A stretch of 63,645 bases of DNA, the filler included, from Chiloscyllium plagiosum (lineage: Eukaryota), in NCBI RefSeq assembly GCF_004010195.1. It is 4 parts of one record of this genome, joined end to end, with 100 filler letters (N's around TTAATTAATTAA, not from the genome) between each part and the next. Parts side by side here need not be neighbours in the genome. Positions count along the whole stretch, not along the records: positions 62,130 to 63,645 come from NC_057714.1; 3 more parts are not named here. One strand, 5' to 3'. The notes below the pieces were generated by a model. That model did not search any database, was not told where the DNA came from, and saw only the letters and a program-made list of their open reading frames with translations. The translations under genes were made by a program, and so were the position numbers. Shown one piece after another: positions 63,365-63,645 of the stretch (the first letter of the stretch is position 1; each line of letters begins with the position of its first letter).

Positions 63365-63645
63365 TAAATTTAATTCATTAATACACTGTTGGATTTATTA
63401 TGAGAGAAGCCACAAGGTAATGTAAACAATATCCCCCAAGTTAAAAACAGCTTTACCCATTCCCAGCTGTGAAAGGATAATATCAGCCATATAATTTTCA
63501 GAGTATTAGAGATTATTTGATTCTAAGAAATAACTAATATTACGTTGAAATTTATTGCTTTGATATGGCATTACCTTGTTCATTTAAAAATGTCAACATC
63601 CTATTTAAAAGGAAAGGAATTAATAGGAAGGGTTTGGAGGGATAT

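Noticed and set aside
62815..63425. 188- and 189-aa ORFs
   Set aside because: Consist almost entirely of N-gap
1..63645. CRISPR array or prokaryotic operon/defence system
   Set aside because: No regularly spaced repeat-spacer array or gene-dense region; sequence is vertebrate retroelement-rich DNA

Overview
Eukaryotic, repeat-dominated genomic DNA, almost certainly from a shark or ray. This is inferred from HE1/V-type SINEs, abundant CR1 LINEs and shark-type Penelope-like elements. There is no intact protein-coding gene: nearly all long ORFs in the track are retroelement fragments or their antisense frames. Mobile content: CR1 LINEs (SGNH-esterase ORF1, endonuclease and RT pieces), a second CR1/L2-group LINE with a partner SINE, Tx1- and Rex/Babar-type LINE fragments, several Penelope-like (GIY-YIG) families, decayed PIF/Harbinger transposase relics, Tigger-type MITEs and a tRNA-His pseudogene. 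Host signals: (i) a CpG-rich promoter/first exon at about 27.4-28.3 kb with an abutting ISRE and NF-kB site, a second ISRE and an RFX X-box; (ii) a well-defined + strand exon at 55553-55710 with several uORFs and a probable start codon. The most notable pattern is a dense set (more than 10) of minimal hammerhead-ribozyme motifs. They sit in Penelope-like ends and in very short (about 85-210 bp) or fold-back insertions, several flanked by TSDs, whose 5' ends cluster at the ribozyme edge. Four assembly gaps (three with an artificial TTAATTAATTAA linker) limit claims of contiguity. Boundaries of old repeats are approximate and read by eye.
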